A stretch of DNA of 64,000 nucleotides. It comes from Candidatus Nomurabacteria bacterium (GTDB lineage Bacteria > Patescibacteriota > Minisyncoccia > Phycocordibacterales > SBAW01). The DNA lies in contig CALREW010000001.1 of the NCBI GenBank assembly GCA_943356415.1, positions 16,528 through 80,527 of the forward strand, given 5' to 3'. The notes beneath the pieces were generated by a model. It worked only from the letters and a program-made list of their open reading frames with translations. It was not told the DNA's origin and did not search any database. Below are positions 8,906 through 16,576 of the stretch, piece after piece (the stretch's first letter is position 1; each line of letters starts with the position of its first letter). Made by a program: the position numbers and the translations under genes.

Positions 8906-8934
8906 TAAAGAACTTAATAAAGACTTTTTGATTC

Positions 8935-9654
8935 CTAGATTCTTAATTTTGTTTTCCAGTTTGTAATCGCAGTGCGTAAGGATTCTTCATAGACAGATTT
9001 AAATGCTGTTTCGAGCGTTGTGTTTTCATCGAGCTTTCTATATGCCTCTATTATTTTATTTTCTCCATAAACTTTTCTTAAGTACTCAATAAAACTGAAA
9101 AGCACCAGATACCCAAGCTGGTCGGCAAACGGCTCTTTGTTTGTATCTCCTCCCATTGTTTTTATATCCCCTATTGTTTGAATAGCGAGAGGGTCGGGAA
9201 TGTCTTGAATATTTTCCTTTTCTAATTTTTCAATAAGTCTGTCTGTTGCGCCATCAAACCCCGCAGTTCCTTCTTCTAGGAAAAAAGAATTTCTATAGGC
9301 AGAGAAATTTCCAACAAGATGAGCAACGACAATATGGGCTGTTTCGTGTTTGATGATTTTTTCTGCATCATTTGGTAGATCCCGAAATACATCGACATTG
9401 CAATATATTTTGTCGTCTGGTTGATCTCGAAGAAGAAAACAATATTTCCATGATTGCGGACCAGAGGTTGCCCCTTCTCTAAAAGCATCATCGCTCATTA
9501 TTGATACCCCGATTCTTATTGGCGAGGAAACACCCCACTCTGCTTCCAAAAGTACACCAACCTTGTTAAAAGATAGCTTTACTTGCTTCTCTTGCTCAAC
9601 TAAAACGCTCCCAGAGATTTCAAATATAAAATTTATATATTGTGGCTTTTTCAT
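8935..9654 (-). CDS. ImmA/IrrE-family (Peptidase M78/DUF955-like) zinc metallopeptidase
   Basis: HExxH motif HETAHIVVAH; lies next to and upstream of an XRE helix-turn-helix gene, as in ImmR/ImmA modules. Confidence 0.55.
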   Translation of the reverse strand: MKKPQYINFIFEISGSVLVEQEKQVKLSFNKVGVLLEAEWGVSSPIRIGVSIMSDDAFREGATSGPQSWKYCFLLRDQPDDKIYCNVDVFRDLPNDAEKIIKHETAHIVVAHLVGNFSAYRNSFFLEEGTAGFDGATDRLIEKLEKENIQDIPDPLAIQTIGDIKTMGGDTNKEPFADQLGYLVLFSFIEYLRKVYGENKIIEAYRKLDENTTLETAFKSVYEESLRTAITNWKTKLRI

Positions 9655-9663
9655 CTTTAAAAT

Positions 9664-9873
9664 TTATTTTAACAACTTATCGCTCGAAACGCCGAGCGCT
9701 TGAGCCAAGCGTTCCAGCTGTTGAATGGTAATATTTTTCTTGCCGTTCTCTATCGCACTCATATAGCCCCTATCCATATCAAGCGCACGGCAAATGTCGC
9801 CTTGCGACATTTCTTTTCGAGTCCGTATTTTCTTGATATTTTGACCAAGTTTTTCACGAATCAACATATCCAC
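9664..9873 (-). CDS. XRE-family helix-turn-helix transcriptional regulator
   Basis: MSQGDICRALDMDRGYMSAIENGKKNITIQQLERLAQALGV is a canonical HTH_XRE (Cro/C1) sequence. Confidence 0.8.
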   Translation of the reverse strand: MDMLIREKLGQNIKKIRTRKEMSQGDICRALDMDRGYMSAIENGKKNITIQQLERLAQALGVSSDKLLK

Positions 9874-9913
9874 AGTTTACGAGATATTGCATTTCTAGCC
9901 AATCTTGAACTAT

Positions 9914-10292
9914 AATTCAACTTAGCGGCGAAGCAAACCAAAAATTTCCTTTCCTCATTTTTCGCCTTGCAGGCGGAGGGGTGGGGGGAGGAGCCGTGCA
10001 AAGAAAATGCAAGGAAATTTTTGGGTTTGCCCGCGCGAGTCTGCGAGCGCGGTTGAGGCGCATTGGTTCGCATCACCACTTAATCGGAGCGTACGGGGCA
10101 GTTTCAAGCCACCACGCGCTCCGCGCGTGTGAAGTAGGTTCGAGCAAATGTTAGAATTAGAGCACTAGAGAGAACAAGTCGCGGATTTAGAATTTGGAGC
10201 GATTTTGCGGAAGCCAAAATCGCGCTATCAATTTCTTTTCCGCCTACGGCGGAAGCCGTGAAATCCCATAATTCCCCCCAGCGTATGGAAAC
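9914..10292. repeat. IR-A' (9914-10165) contiguous with IR-B (10162-10292)
   Basis: The first part is the inverted copy of 7903-8153; the second part is the inverted copy of 11698-11827; the two overlap by 4 nt (gcac). Confidence 0.9.
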
Positions 10293-11844
10293 AACTCAAA
10301 CCAAAACTAAATGCGTTCTCTATGCAAGAAAAAGCACAGAGGAAGATGATAAACAAGTTATGTCCATTGAGGCACAGTTTTTTGAATTGGAAGAATACGC
10401 GCATAGAGAACGCATTGAAATCGTGAAAGTATTTACGGAAGCGAAAAGCGCAAAAAAGCCCGGGCGAGACGAGTTTGCGAAAATGATTGAATATATTGAA
10501 AGAAGCAGTGAGCCAATCGGTATCATTTGTTGGCACCCCGACCGTCTCGCCCGCAATAGCGTTGATGGCGGTAAAATAATTTATCTTGTAGACACTGGCG
10601 CTATTGCTTCTTTGCGCTTTCCGCAGTTTTGGTTTGAGCCAACTCCGCAAGGGAAATTCATGTTGCAAGTGGCGTTCGGACAAAGCAAGTATTTTTCTGA
10701 CAATCTTGTGGAAAATGTGAAGCGTGGAATCCGCCAGAAATTGCGAAAGGGTGAATGGCTGACACTTGCGCCCCTTGGCTATGTGAACAATTACAAAACG
10801 AAAAATATTGAACCCGACAAGGTAGAATCTCGCGTTATCAAGTTAGCATTTCAAGAATACGCCAAGGGAACGCACACGCTTGTTTCTCTTTCGCAATTTC
10901 TGGCGGATCACGGGATTGTGCAGAAAAAAGGAACGCCACTTGCCAAAGTTTCCGTCGTGAAAATGTTGTCCAACAGAGCATATATAGGATTTATTAAACA
11001 TCGCGGAGAATGGCACGACGGAAACTTTGAATCCATTGTTTCTCCGACACTGTTTGAAGCAGTGCAAAAAGTGTTCGCGGAACGGAAGAAACCCCGAAAG
11101 CAAAAATCGTTTCTTCCGTTCGCATTTACCGGATTTGCAAAGTGCGGAGAGTGTGGCTGTGCAATTACGGCACAATATTCCACCAACCGATATGGAGTAA
11201 AATATTGCTACTATCGTTGCACCAAGAAAAATGGAAAGTGCGCACAGCCGTATTTGCAGGAAAAATCACTCTCCGCACAATTGCAAACACTGCTTCAATC
11301 AGTGTCGCTTCCTCTCTCGGAAATTGAAGAAATGGAAAAGCAGATTGATATGTGGGAGAAAGAATCAATTTCCGAGAGAGGAAGTGTTGCCCAAAATCTA
11401 AAAACGAAACTTTCAGACACGAAGGAGAAACTGGACAAACTTATTACGCTCTACCTCGACGGGGATATTGAACGAGAAATATATTTGGCGCGTAAAGATT
11501 TACTCCTTCGTGAAAAAGCGAAAGTTTCGGAAAGTTTAGATGATTTTGGGCAACACAAGAAACAATGGCTCCAACCCTTGCGGAGTTTCATTTTGTCCTT
11601 GAAAGAAGCCACTGTTTTGCAGGAAACGGAAAACCACCTCGCGTGGAAGCAGTTTTTCCAAAAAATCGGGTCTAACCCCACTTTCAAGGACAAAACGGTT
11701 TCCATACGCTGGGGGGAATTATGGGATTTCACGGCTTCCGCCGTAGGCGGAAAAGAAATTGATAGCGCGATTTTGGCTTCCGCAAAATCGCTCCAAATTC
11801 TAAATCCGCGACTTGTTCTCTCTAGTGCCGGGGAGAGGACTTGA
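10285..11844 (+). CDS. large serine recombinase (resolvase/invertase catalytic domain, recombinase domain and zinc ribbon)
   Basis: CVLYARKSTEEDDKQ...ICWHPDRLARN catalytic domain with the Ser in ARKST; C-terminal CGECGC...CYYRCTKKNGKC zinc ribbon; ATG at 10285 (METTQ) sits exactly at the end of IR-B; the ORF track's alternative start is 10258; the C-terminal roughly 45 codons run through IR-B' and 20 nt into tRNA-Leu, so the true stop may be earlier. Confidence 0.8.
   Translation: METTQTKTKCVLYARKSTEEDDKQVMSIEAQFFELEEYAHRERIEIVKVFTEAKSAKKPGRDEFAKMIEYIERSSEPIGIICWHPDRLARNSVDGGKIIYLVDTGAIASLRFPQFWFEPTPQGKFMLQVAFGQSKYFSDNLVENVKRGIRQKLRKGEWLTLAPLGYVNNYKTKNIEPDKVESRVIKLAFQEYAKGTHTLVSLSQFLADHGIVQKKGTPLAKVSVVKMLSNRAYIGFIKHRGEWHDGNFESIVSPTLFEAVQKVFAERKKPRKQKSFLPFAFTGFAKCGECGCAITAQYSTNRYGVKYCYYRCTKKNGKCAQPYLQEKSLSAQLQTLLQSVSLPLSEIEEMEKQIDMWEKESISERGSVAQNLKTKLSDTKEKLDKLITLYLDGDIEREIYLARKDLLLREKAKVSESLDDFGQHKKQWLQPLRSFILSLKEATVLQETENHLAWKQFFQKIGSNPTFKDKTVSIRWGELWDFTASAVGGKEIDSAILASAKSLQILNPRLVLSSAGERT
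11698..11827. repeat. IR-B' (about 130 bp), inverted copy of 10162-10292, ending inside the tRNA-Leu(TAG) 3' end
   Basis: The reverse complement of 10162-10292 matches 11698-11827. Confidence 0.9.
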
Positions 11845-11906
11845 ACCTCCACATCTTGCGATACCTGCTCCTAAGGCAGGCGTGTATACCAATTTCACCA
11901 CCCCGG
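11825..11906 (-). tRNA. tRNA-Leu(TAG), type II
   Basis: Cloverleaf readable: acceptor GCCGGGG/CCCCGGC, anticodon stem CCTGC/GCAGG with loop CTTAGGA, long variable arm, T-loop TTCAAGT; no encoded CCA. Confidence 0.85.
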
Positions 11907-12011
11907 CGTAAGGGAACTATAAACCAGAAAGGGCAGGCTCAAAAGGAGGATTCGGTCCTTACAGGATGAGTACAGGGCGCACAGGTGGTCAGGGGTTTGA
12001 GTTTGGAAGGA

Positions 12012-12120
12012 TTCGGTCAAGCGCTCACTCGTCGCCGTCGCTCCTCGCTCCGCCTGACCACGATTCCGCGACCCGCCCTGCTGAGCGGGTGCCCGCGAAA
12101 TCCTTCGAATCCTTCTGGGC
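12012..12120. repeat. GC-rich structured tRNA-linked repeat E1 (candidate ncRNA or att-like element)
   Basis: Shares the ggYcaagMgctc...cgccgtcgc...gacccNNN-ctRctRa-NNNgggtgcccgcg... framework with E2 and E3; ends in an inverted copy of the tRNA-Lys 3' end. Confidence 0.6.
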
Positions 12121-12168
12121 GTAATACAAAAGTCGTCGGATACATGTATCCGACTCGTTTTGTATTTG

Positions 12169-12241
12169 TGCGCCCAGAAGGATTCGAACCTTCGACCGTT
12201 CGCTTAAGAGGCGACTGCTCTACCAACTGAGCTATGGGCGC
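12169..12241 (-). tRNA. tRNA-Lys(CTT)
   Basis: Acceptor GCGCCCA/TGGGCGC, D-loop TAGCTCAGTTGGTAGAGC, anticodon loop CTCTTAA, T-loop TTCGAAT. Confidence 0.85.
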
Positions 12242-12324
12242 ATGTATCTCACAGAACGCGGATTCGTCTCAGCCGAAGCCGGATGAACAAAAAAGATACT
12301 AACACAATACGCAGGATTCTAAAG

Positions 12325-12451
12325 TGTGCCGAGGGGACTCGGCCAAGAGCTCGTACTATCGCCGTCGCGCCAGTACTCCTCTCGGCCCTGCTCGCACGAC
12401 CCATTCTGCTAAATGGGTGCCCGCGCTCGCTTTCTCGTCCTACCCCGACAG
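12325..12451. repeat. GC-rich structured tRNA-linked repeat E2
   Basis: About 85% identical to 26143-26264 over about 120 nt; two hairpins (GTACT..AGTAC and ACCCATT..AATGGGT). Confidence 0.7.
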
Positions 12452-12496
12452 AAATTGTTAATCGCCCGGAACAGATTCCGGACTCAAACAATTTTG

Positions 12497-12579
12497 TGCC
12501 GGGGGTGGGACTCGAACCCACACGACCTTTCGATCTGGGGATTTTAAGTCCCCTATGTCTACCATTCCATCACCCCGGC
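12497..12579 (-). tRNA. tRNA-Leu(TAA), type II
   Basis: Acceptor GCCGGGG/CCCCGGC, anticodon stem GGGGA/TCCCC with loop CTTAAAA, long variable arm, T-loop TTCGAGT. Confidence 0.85.
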
Positions 12580-12763
12580 GGGTTGGGGGAATCGGTCACA
12601 GATAATCGCTCGTCGTCACTCGCGATTTCCGCGACCCCGGCTCGCGGTTTCGTCTGCTGACGAAACATCGCTGCGCCTTTCGATTCCCCACGTGCCGTGC
12701 GTAGGCACGGCACTCCCAGGACTCATTGAAACGTGCACTGTCGTGCACGAAAAGCCACTGAGG

Positions 12764-12835
12764 AGTCCTGGGGGGGAATCGAACCCCCGCGTGTCGGTTT
12801 TGCAGACCGAAGCGTTACCACTTCGCCACCAGGAC
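12764..12835 (-). tRNA. tRNA-Cys(GCA)
   Basis: Acceptor GTCCTGG/CCAGGAC, anticodon stem TCGGT/ACCGA with loop CTGCAAA, T-loop TTCGATT. Confidence 0.8.
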
Positions 12836-12862
12836 AATATGAGCCGCACGTACTTTAGCATA

Positions 12863-13207
12863 TCAGGCTCCTTTGGCCTGCTTTTCTGCTTCGTGAGAAA
12901 GTTCGTCCATGCGCTGGCGATTCTTTTCACCTTCATCAATGCGGAACTCAGCACGGGGAAGTACGCGGAAGCGTGAACGCTCTTTGAAAAATGCGCGTAA
13001 TTCTGGCGAGCGGCGGTTTGCAAAATCAACCGCTGAGCCCTCCTTCTCGCGGGGCAACACCGTGATGTAGACGATAGCTTTATGTTCTCGTTCAACGATA
13101 TCGACGCGAGTCACGGTTATCAGTGACTGTCCGCCATCTTCGCGAGCGAGGAATTCTGCGGCAAGCTCTCGTACCGCCTCTGCCAATTTTTGTTTGTGGA
13201 AAGCCAT
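12863..13207 (-). CDS. rbfA: ribosome-binding factor A
   Basis: RbfA-like sequence (LITVTRVDIV...AIVYITVL...ELR); sits downstream of infB as in the nusA-infB-rbfA operon. Confidence 0.8.
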   Translation of the reverse strand: MAFHKQKLAEAVRELAAEFLAREDGGQSLITVTRVDIVEREHKAIVYITVLPREKEGSAVDFANRRSPELRAFFKERSRFRVLPRAEFRIDEGEKNRQRMDELSHEAEKQAKGA

Positions 13208-13216
13208 TGCCGAGAC

Positions 13217-14725
13217 TTACTTCTCTATGATCGTGAAGCACTCGATACGGTCGCCCGCGGCAGGTTCTCCTTCAGTTTCGACGAGTGCTCCAAATTCCGA
13301 ACCTTTTTCGACACTCTTTGTTGCCACTTTACCGCTCTGGAGACTTTTTATGCGACCGCGGCCGAGCTCAAGGTCGCGGCGCATAAGGCGAAACTGGGCG
13401 CCATCTTGGAGCACTCCTTCTTCCACTCGGCCGCCGAGCACTACTTTGTGCTTAGTCGAGCTAAAAACTTTTAGCACCTTTGCTGCGCCAGTTACTTCCT
13501 CCACCATCTCGCGCGGCGTACGCTCTTTTGCTTTTGCTTCGAGCCACTCTGCAAGTTTGTAAATGATGTCGAAGTGCATGACTTCAACGCCTTGGCGTTC
13601 CGCCATCTCGCGTGCACGTGCATCTGGCTTGCTGTTAAAACCCAAAATGATGCCCGCAGTAGAACTGCCCGCAACGAGTTTTACGTCCGCTTCAGTCACT
13701 CCACCTACTGACGCCCCAACAACACGTATTTCAATTTTATCCTGAGGAATTTTCTCTATCTCGTGACGGATAGCGTCTATGGTTCCGGCAACATCCGCTT
13801 TTATGACGACAGGCAGTACGGCGCGCACCACTTCTGTTTCAGATGTAGGTGCAGCCTTTGGAGGCGCCATACGCGCAGCACGAGCCTCCGCTGCGATAGC
13901 CTCTGCCTCCTTTTTTGAATCAACCGTCTTAAATGCTCCTCCAATCTGTGGCAAGACTGAAAATCCAACGATGCGTACTGGAGAGCCAGCCGAGGCTTCT
14001 TTAATAGCCGTCCCTTTAAAATTTTCCATAATGCGCACCGGCGCAAACGATTCGCCTGCAACAACGTACATACCCGAAGCGAGTTTTCCGTCGCGCAATA
14101 TGAGCGTGGCGGCGATACCTTTGCGTGTATCAACATTTGCTTCGATCACGCTGCCTGAAGCGGGTGCGCTGGCGTCGTAGCTCAGTTCGGCAAGTTCCGC
14201 GGCCAACAGCACGAGGTCGAGCAATTCAGAAATACCATCTCCGCGTTTTGCGGAAATGGGAACAAATGGGACGTCGCCACCCATGCCTTCGAGGTACACT
14301 TCGTTTTCAATAAGGGAACTTTTCGTGCGCTCAAGGTTTGCGCCTGGCTTGTCTATTTTATTGATAGCCACAATGAAGGGGCGCTTTTCTTGGCGGATGA
14401 GTTTAACCGCCTCGATGGTCTGCTGCTTCACACCGTCTTCCGCTGACACCACAAGAATCGCGACGTCGGCTACTTCAAGCCCACGTGCACGCATCTTCTC
14501 AAACGCAGCGTGTCCTGGAGTGTCGAGGAAGGTGATGGCCTCAGTCGCTCCTTCTTTCGTCTGATGCGTTATTTCGTATGCAGAGAGATGTTGTGTGATT
14601 CCTCCCGCTTCTCCTTCGACCACATTTGTTTTGCGGATGTAGTCAAGCAGCGTGGATTTGCCGTGGTCGATATGACCCACGACGGCAACGATAGGGGGGC
14701 GCTTTGTGCGGGAGGCTGAGTTCAT
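13217..14725 (-). CDS. infB: translation initiation factor IF-2 (short form lacking the long N-terminal region)
   Basis: G-domain VVGHIDHGKSTLLDYIRKTNV, DTPGHAAF, NKIDK; the C-terminal beta-barrels are present. Confidence 0.9.
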   Translation of the reverse strand: MNSASRTKRPPIVAVVGHIDHGKSTLLDYIRKTNVVEGEAGGITQHLSAYEITHQTKEGATEAITFLDTPGHAAFEKMRARGLEVADVAILVVSAEDGVKQQTIEAVKLIRQEKRPFIVAINKIDKPGANLERTKSSLIENEVYLEGMGGDVPFVPISAKRGDGISELLDLVLLAAELAELSYDASAPASGSVIEANVDTRKGIAATLILRDGKLASGMYVVAGESFAPVRIMENFKGTAIKEASAGSPVRIVGFSVLPQIGGAFKTVDSKKEAEAIAAEARAARMAPPKAAPTSETEVVRAVLPVVIKADVAGTIDAIRHEIEKIPQDKIEIRVVGASVGGVTEADVKLVAGSSTAGIILGFNSKPDARAREMAERQGVEVMHFDIIYKLAEWLEAKAKERTPREMVEEVTGAAKVLKVFSSTKHKVVLGGRVEEGVLQDGAQFRLMRRDLELGRGRIKSLQSGKVATKSVEKGSEFGALVETEGEPAAGDRIECFTIIEK

Positions 14726-14743
14726 AGGATGTATGCATCGAAC

Positions 14744-15274
14744 CTACTTTGTAGCTTGCTCGCGTGCAAGGCGTATCGCTTCCTTCTCTTCTTCAGAAAG
14801 TTCAAAACCGGAACGGCCTTTTTCGATCGGTTTTCCAAACATGCTCACCCGCTCTCGGCTGTAGAGTGTTGAGAGAACAACGCCATCGCCTTGTTCGGTT
14901 ACCAATGCCGTAGCGAAACTTTGGTTTCCTCCTGAACCGTCGCCCTTAAACGGATTGAAGCGCACAGTTGAAACACCGCGTACTGAGGACGACATACGTG
15001 CCTCGGCGCGTTTGAGATATTGCTCAAGCTCAACGCGGAAACTCTCGAGATCTTTCGTGCGACGCGCAAGGGTAACAATCGATTCTTCAAGTGATGCGCC
15101 GTTGCGTCCTAGCATGAGTCGGTGTATGCGTCGGTGTTCCCATACAAGAAGTGCTATTGCGACAAGGGCAATAACACATGCTGCCGCAGCGGCGGGGACA
15201 GCAAAAGCAGCGTAGGGGATAAGTGCCTCTGACCACATGCGGGGCAGTATACCTCGCAGGCAGGCGTTAGGCAC
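14744..15274 (-). CDS. DUF4446-family membrane protein
   Basis: N-terminal TM, coiled region, then RFNPFKGDGSGGNQSFATALV...LSEEEKEAI block typical of DUF4446. Confidence 0.55.
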   Translation of the reverse strand: MPNACLRGILPRMWSEALIPYAAFAVPAAAAACVIALVAIALLVWEHRRIHRLMLGRNGASLEESIVTLARRTKDLESFRVELEQYLKRAEARMSSSVRGVSTVRFNPFKGDGSGGNQSFATALVTEQGDGVVLSTLYSRERVSMFGKPIEKGRSGFELSEEEKEAIRLAREQATK

Positions 15275-15336
15275 TAGCAGGAGAAGGATTGGAGCGATAC
15301 TCTACAGCTATGTTTTGGAAAAGAAGTCGTATCTAT

Positions 15337-16500
15337 ATGGATGCAGCCGCTGCGACACCTCTATCGCCGGAGGTGTATACGCGTTTTATTGAAGCGCTCA
15401 CGCAGTATGGAAATCCTGGCGCCCTTCACACAGAGGGAGTGCGTGCCAAAGAACTTCTTGAAGGCGCACGAAAGGAGGCCGCTGTGGCATTGCACGCGCA
15501 CGCAGACGAGATTGTCTTCACCGGCTCAGGAACCGAGTCAAACAACCTCGCTATCTTTGGTGCAGTTGGTGATGTGTCGGCGGACAAGATTCATATCATC
15601 ACAAGTAGCATTGAACATCCGTCGGTACTTGAGCCGATACGAGCGTTTGAGCGTCGTGGCGCGAAGGTGACCTACCTACCTGTTGATGCCGAGGGTCTTA
15701 TTGCTCTCTCCGCGCTCAAGGAAGCAATTGTCGACGAAACGCGACTTATTTCGGTAGGTCTTATCAATAGTGAGATTGGAACGATTCAAGACGTTCGTGG
15801 TATTGCAAAAATTATTCGCGATGTTCGAAAGACACGCGTAAATGCAGCGCCCCTTCTTCTTCATCTAGATGCTGCGCAGGCACCACTGTGGCTCAAATTG
15901 AATGTTGAACAACTGCATCCCGATCTTCTCACGCTCGATGCGCAAAAAATGATGGGTCCCAAAGGTGCGGGACTCCTCTACGTGCGTCGCGGCGTGAGTC
16001 TTCAGGCACACCTGCTTGGTGGAGGACAAGAAAGAGGACTTCGCTCCGGTACAGAAAATGCCGCCGCCGCGTCTGCACTTGCACGCGCGCTTACTCGCGC
16101 GCAAGAGGTGTGCGAAAAAAATACTGCCAATGTAGCGGAGGTTCGAGACGCACTTTTCGACGCGATTAAAAAACAAATACCTGAAGCGATTGTGAACGGC
16201 AGTTTGGAGAGTCGCGTCGCAAATAACTGCAATGTATCGGTTCCAGGTTTGATAGGAGAGCGCGCAGTTCTCGCACTCTCTGCGTGGGGAGTTGCCGCCT
16301 CGACGCGTTCGGCATGTGCCGCTAAAGACCAAGAACTCTCCCATGTGATCCGTGCACTTGAAGCAGGTGAGGGAGGTGTTGCGCGTGCTCGTAGCGCTGT
16401 GCGTTTTACCTTATTGCCCGACGCAACCGTAAGCGACGCACGCCACGCAGCAACACTTTTAGCAAAAGCTGCAGCCCAGTTTCGAAATATCGATGCGTAA
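15337..16500 (+). CDS. cysteine desulfurase / class V aminotransferase (IscS/NifS family)
   Basis: Starts YMDAAAATPLSPEV; PLP-fold motifs; LLHLDAAQA and lysine region LTLDAQKMMGPKG; the start is probably the ATG at 15337, not the ORF-track 15289. Confidence 0.8.
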   Translation: MDAAAATPLSPEVYTRFIEALTQYGNPGALHTEGVRAKELLEGARKEAAVALHAHADEIVFTGSGTESNNLAIFGAVGDVSADKIHIITSSIEHPSVLEPIRAFERRGAKVTYLPVDAEGLIALSALKEAIVDETRLISVGLINSEIGTIQDVRGIAKIIRDVRKTRVNAAPLLLHLDAAQAPLWLKLNVEQLHPDLLTLDAQKMMGPKGAGLLYVRRGVSLQAHLLGGGQERGLRSGTENAAAASALARALTRAQEVCEKNTANVAEVRDALFDAIKKQIPEAIVNGSLESRVANNCNVSVPGLIGERAVLALSAWGVAASTRSACAAKDQELSHVIRALEAGEGGVARARSAVRFTLLPDATVSDARHAATLLAKAAAQFRNIDA

Positions 16501-16576
16501 AAAGGCCAGGTCCCTTCACAAAGATAAAAAGTAGTTGTATTGTGCTGTTTAGCGGCGTCTCAAACATAGATGCGCT

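Larger units (their letters stand above)
7903..11827. mobile_element. composite putative integrative/invertible element: IR-A, AT-rich ImmA/XRE cassette, IR-A' fused to IR-B, large serine recombinase, IR-B', abutting tRNA-Leu(TAG)
   Basis: Exact long inverted repeats read directly from the sequence; base composition shifts to about 35% GC inside; recombinase plus ImmA/XRE gene content; a tRNA gene at the right edge. Confidence 0.6.

Noticed and set aside
12012-12451. The E1-E3 repeats as additional (unusual) tRNA genes in + orientation
   Set aside because: I tried a cloverleaf fold. The 3' portions mimic T-arm/acceptor sequence of the neighbouring tRNA, but there is no matching 5' acceptor strand, D-arm or anticodon arm. 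They are better explained as inverted partial copies plus a separate two-hairpin module.
11985-12660. ORF-track entries 11985-12230 (+), 12017-12226 (-), 12249-12521 (-) and 12283-12660 (+) as protein-coding genes
   Set aside because: They overlap tRNA-Lys, tRNA-Leu(TAA) and the GC-rich structured repeats. The open frames are a by-product of GC-rich, stop-poor RNA-gene sequence.
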